A stretch of DNA of 64,000 nucleotides from Cyanobacteriota bacterium (GTDB lineage: Bacteria > Cyanobacteriota > Cyanobacteriia > Thermostichales > Thermostichaceae): contig JANRIL010000020.1 in the NCBI GenBank assembly GCA_033764955.1, forward strand, positions 96,001-160,000, in the 5' to 3' direction. Position numbers and translations under genes: made by a program. Position 1 is the stretch's first letter. The number at the start of each line of letters is the position of its first letter. The notes beneath the pieces were generated by a model that made no database searches, was not told the origin of the DNA, and saw only the letters and a list, made by a program, of their open reading frames with translations. Below, one piece after another: positions 62,501 to 64,000 of this stretch.

Positions 62501-64000
62501 CATAAAGATTCCGAAGCTGGCATAGGCATAGGCAGAATCTTCTGTGATGCCCTGAGTCATGGATAAATAAACTAGGTGAGCTGACAAAAGAAAGTAGGTA
62601 TCAGCATCAGAGAAATAGGCAGAAGAAACCATAACTGCCAATAACTTCATGATTAACTTTTGTCGTTCATCCGTCACCAATGGCAACTCTTTCAATGAAT
62701 TGATGGAACGGGATCCCAGTGTAGAAAAAAGTTGATCAATTTGCTGATTCAGGAGGGTATTCAAATTGGTCGAATGGCTAGGGAAGATATCTTCTCCCAA
62801 TGAGAGTAATCCTTCCCTTCCCAATTGTAAAACCTCAGCATATCGCCCTTGATTATAATAGAGCAATAGCTTAACTGAATATACTTTTGCCTGATCAATA
62901 CTTGAACTTGCATGCAGAAGGGTATAGTCAAAAAGTTGATCCGCTTCCTCAAAATGACGGTTGATATACTCGCATTCGGCAGCTTTCAAATGCAGATCGA
63001 AAGCAAAATAATAGTCAGACTGCCAAATTTCCGCGGGAACAACATCAACAGCCAGTAAAAAATACTTAAGAGCCGCTTCATAGGCAGAAGATTCTTTGGC
63101 TTTGTCTCCGGCTTTTTTGCTCAAATGTGCTAACTGTAGATAGTCTTGAGAATCACCCAATAAAGGCAGTGCAACCTGCCAGTAGTTAACAATGTCAAAT
63201 AGATAATAATCTAAAAAATCTTCACCCTGATTTGATCGCTCTGCTTGTTTTAGATAGATTTTTCCTATCTTGAAACAAATCTCCTGCCTTTCCCCATCAC
63301 TTAGCAAGCTATTAGCCGCCTGTTGCACTCGATCATGAATAAAGCTACAAAAAATATCTGAATTCTCAGAGATATGAGAAGATTCTTCTTTCGGTGAACT
63401 ATCGGGAGAATAGACCATGCCTTCTAGTGGGATACCCAGAAAAAATGGAGATTCCGAGCTTTTTTCCTGAGTAATCAATCCTGCCTCTTGGATGAATTGC
63501 ATTTGTGCCAGCGTTTGATCCCAGGTTTGTTCTAACAAGTGGGTGAGTATGGATATGGAAAACCGATATCCTAAACAAGCTGCTGCCTTCAAAAATGCTT
63601 GGGTATACTTCGGCAACTTGAGGAGTTCGGCCTGCACAAACTCCAGAACACTTTGTCCCAGTAACGCTTTTTGAATGGAGGCCAGATTCCACTGCCACTG
63701 TCCTGCTTCAAAATCAAAAGCAATTAGCCTTTCCTGAGCCAGGGATCTAAACAGTTGACGGAGAAAAAATGGATTACCCTCCGTTGTTTGATAGAGGAGT
63801 TCTGCCAGTGAAGCCAATTCTGTTTCCGACCGTTGCAGGATATCTTCTAGGCAATTTAGAACATCGGTTAAAGCTAAATTTTGCAGGGTAAAAGCGTGAA
63901 CCGTGATCCCCGACTTTTGGATCTCCTGTAGGGTAAAGGCAAGTGGATGAGTGGGATCCACCTCTCCATCTCGATAGGCAGCAATCATCAAACAATCATG
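59579..64000 (-). CDS. Large ATPase/TPR-GAF-PAS histidine kinase (type often carrying an N-terminal Ser/Thr kinase), 5'-truncated by the window edge
   Basis: GNPFF, FIHDRVQQAA, GAF (YLENN), SHELRTPM, GGTGLGL; frame is open to the window end. Confidence 0.92.
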   Translation of the reverse strand, partial: HDCLMIAAYRDGEVDPTHPLAFTLQEIQKSGITVHAFTLQNLALTDVLNCLEDILQRSETELASLAELLYQTTEGNPFFLRQLFRSLAQERLIAFDFEAGQWQWNLASIQKALLGQSVLEFVQAELLKLPKYTQAFLKAAACLGYRFSISILTHLLEQTWDQTLAQMQFIQEAGLITQEKSSESPFFLGIPLEGMVYSPDSSPKEESSHISENSDIFCSFIHDRVQQAANSLLSDGERQEICFKIGKIYLKQAERSNQGEDFLDYYLFDIVNYWQVALPLLGDSQDYLQLAHLSKKAGDKAKESSAYEAALKYFLLAVDVVPAEIWQSDYYFAFDLHLKAAECEYINRHFEEADQLFDYTLLHASSSIDQAKVYSVKLLLYYNQGRYAEVLQLGREGLLSLGEDIFPSHSTNLNTLLNQQIDQLFSTLGSRSINSLKELPLVTDERQKLIMKLLAVMVSSAYFSDADTYFLLSAHLVYLSMTQGITEDSAYAYASFGIFMGSRLADYQRAYAFGEVGIQIAEEFPQSPARGRALQAFSCHIDHWVVHVRKSRQLALKSFQYCLEAGDLVHAGFASTIYSYRTLVQGDPLTEVEIDAKNCLDFLTQIQFKAEYPFPILCRTLVHCLQQPDQSTDTFDKYLQETEKKPSYLVFLESAGLRSAVHLYYILKTQFLYLFGHFTAAEQSAKAALDYEQASVGQLRIGEHAFYYALTLVQLSKQGSLEKQTAIKQAFQVQKQRIASWAKDCPDNYQHKLLLLEAEEARLEGNDLLAMQNYDLAIDAASEQKFMQNQALIYELAGSFYHQKGLTRHARTYLKSAYHHYQQWGSVAKVSDLENRYPDLKLTTLLASSHPSDTSRPFVAAPGSLDLVSVTRASQALSSQIDLPLLLETLMQLVIENAGAEYGALILSKNNQLVVEAVAQVNQSHIHLLQSQPINTYSDIPFSIIYYVQRTQESLIINDARQQQPFNQDPYVQVHQPKSILCSPIFHQGRLTGIFYLENNLTTSAFTPDRLEILSILSSQAAISIENAFLYSTLEQRVAQRTQQLTEKNHELELTLQELQNQIFVRQQTEAELGKSLSLLKATLDATADGILATDLYQKVIAVNRRFAEMWEIPESSLLNFDAEVWLALMAHQTQDPQGFISGTQAIYCHPQLISTDLVELASGRIFERYSYPQTINNTIAGRVWSYRDITEYKKVERMKNEFVSMVSHELRTPMTSIQGSLGLINGGIAGRLPDQVHLLIDIAYKNTRRLVLLINDILDIEKIESGKMAFDLKAVDLVTLVQQSIEASQAYAKQFEVVFQLENHLSTLTNADGEGDTSANFDKVLVDSNRLMQVMINLLSNAAKFSPPQSTVTVSVQRILEAVSPVGAALSTEAELQGEPMTPAYFLRVAVSDHGPGIPAAFHSQIFQKFAQADSSDTRQKGGTGLGLSICKAIIENMGGKIDFVTEEGKGTTFYFDLPPLSVERSGACGQG

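Overview
This is a cyanobacterial chromosome segment. The very frequent octamer GGGATCCC and rare GCGATCGC point to the Thermostichus / Yellowstone-Synechococcus-like lineage. Most genes are housekeeping or signalling: the end of a chemosensory operon (MCP, CheA hybrid) with an FHA-GGDEF cyclase, a 5'-nucleotidase with a Pho-box-like promoter, pnp, nrdJ, rtcB, glgC, accC, ccdA, crr7, yidC-jag-yceD, speY, tRNA-Ser(GGA), serA, sir, chlorite dismutase, several two-component genes, two SPFH genes, a B12 radical SAM enzyme, pyrG and hmpF. The most notable signals not explained by the ORF track are: (1) six co-oriented cyanobacterial DnaA boxes between convergent genes, with no dnaA/dnaN in the window; (2) a decayed integron-like cassette array (attC-like sites) carrying two broken toxin-antitoxin modules; (3) a ParA ATPase lacking the Switch-I catalytic Asp, coupled to an McdB-like coiled-coil partner; (4) NrdR-like boxes and a tRNA-like relic in the nrdJ/rtcB divergent region; (5) a c-di-AMP riboswitch upstream of a USP gene. 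All calls come from reading the sequence by eye; no searches were run.
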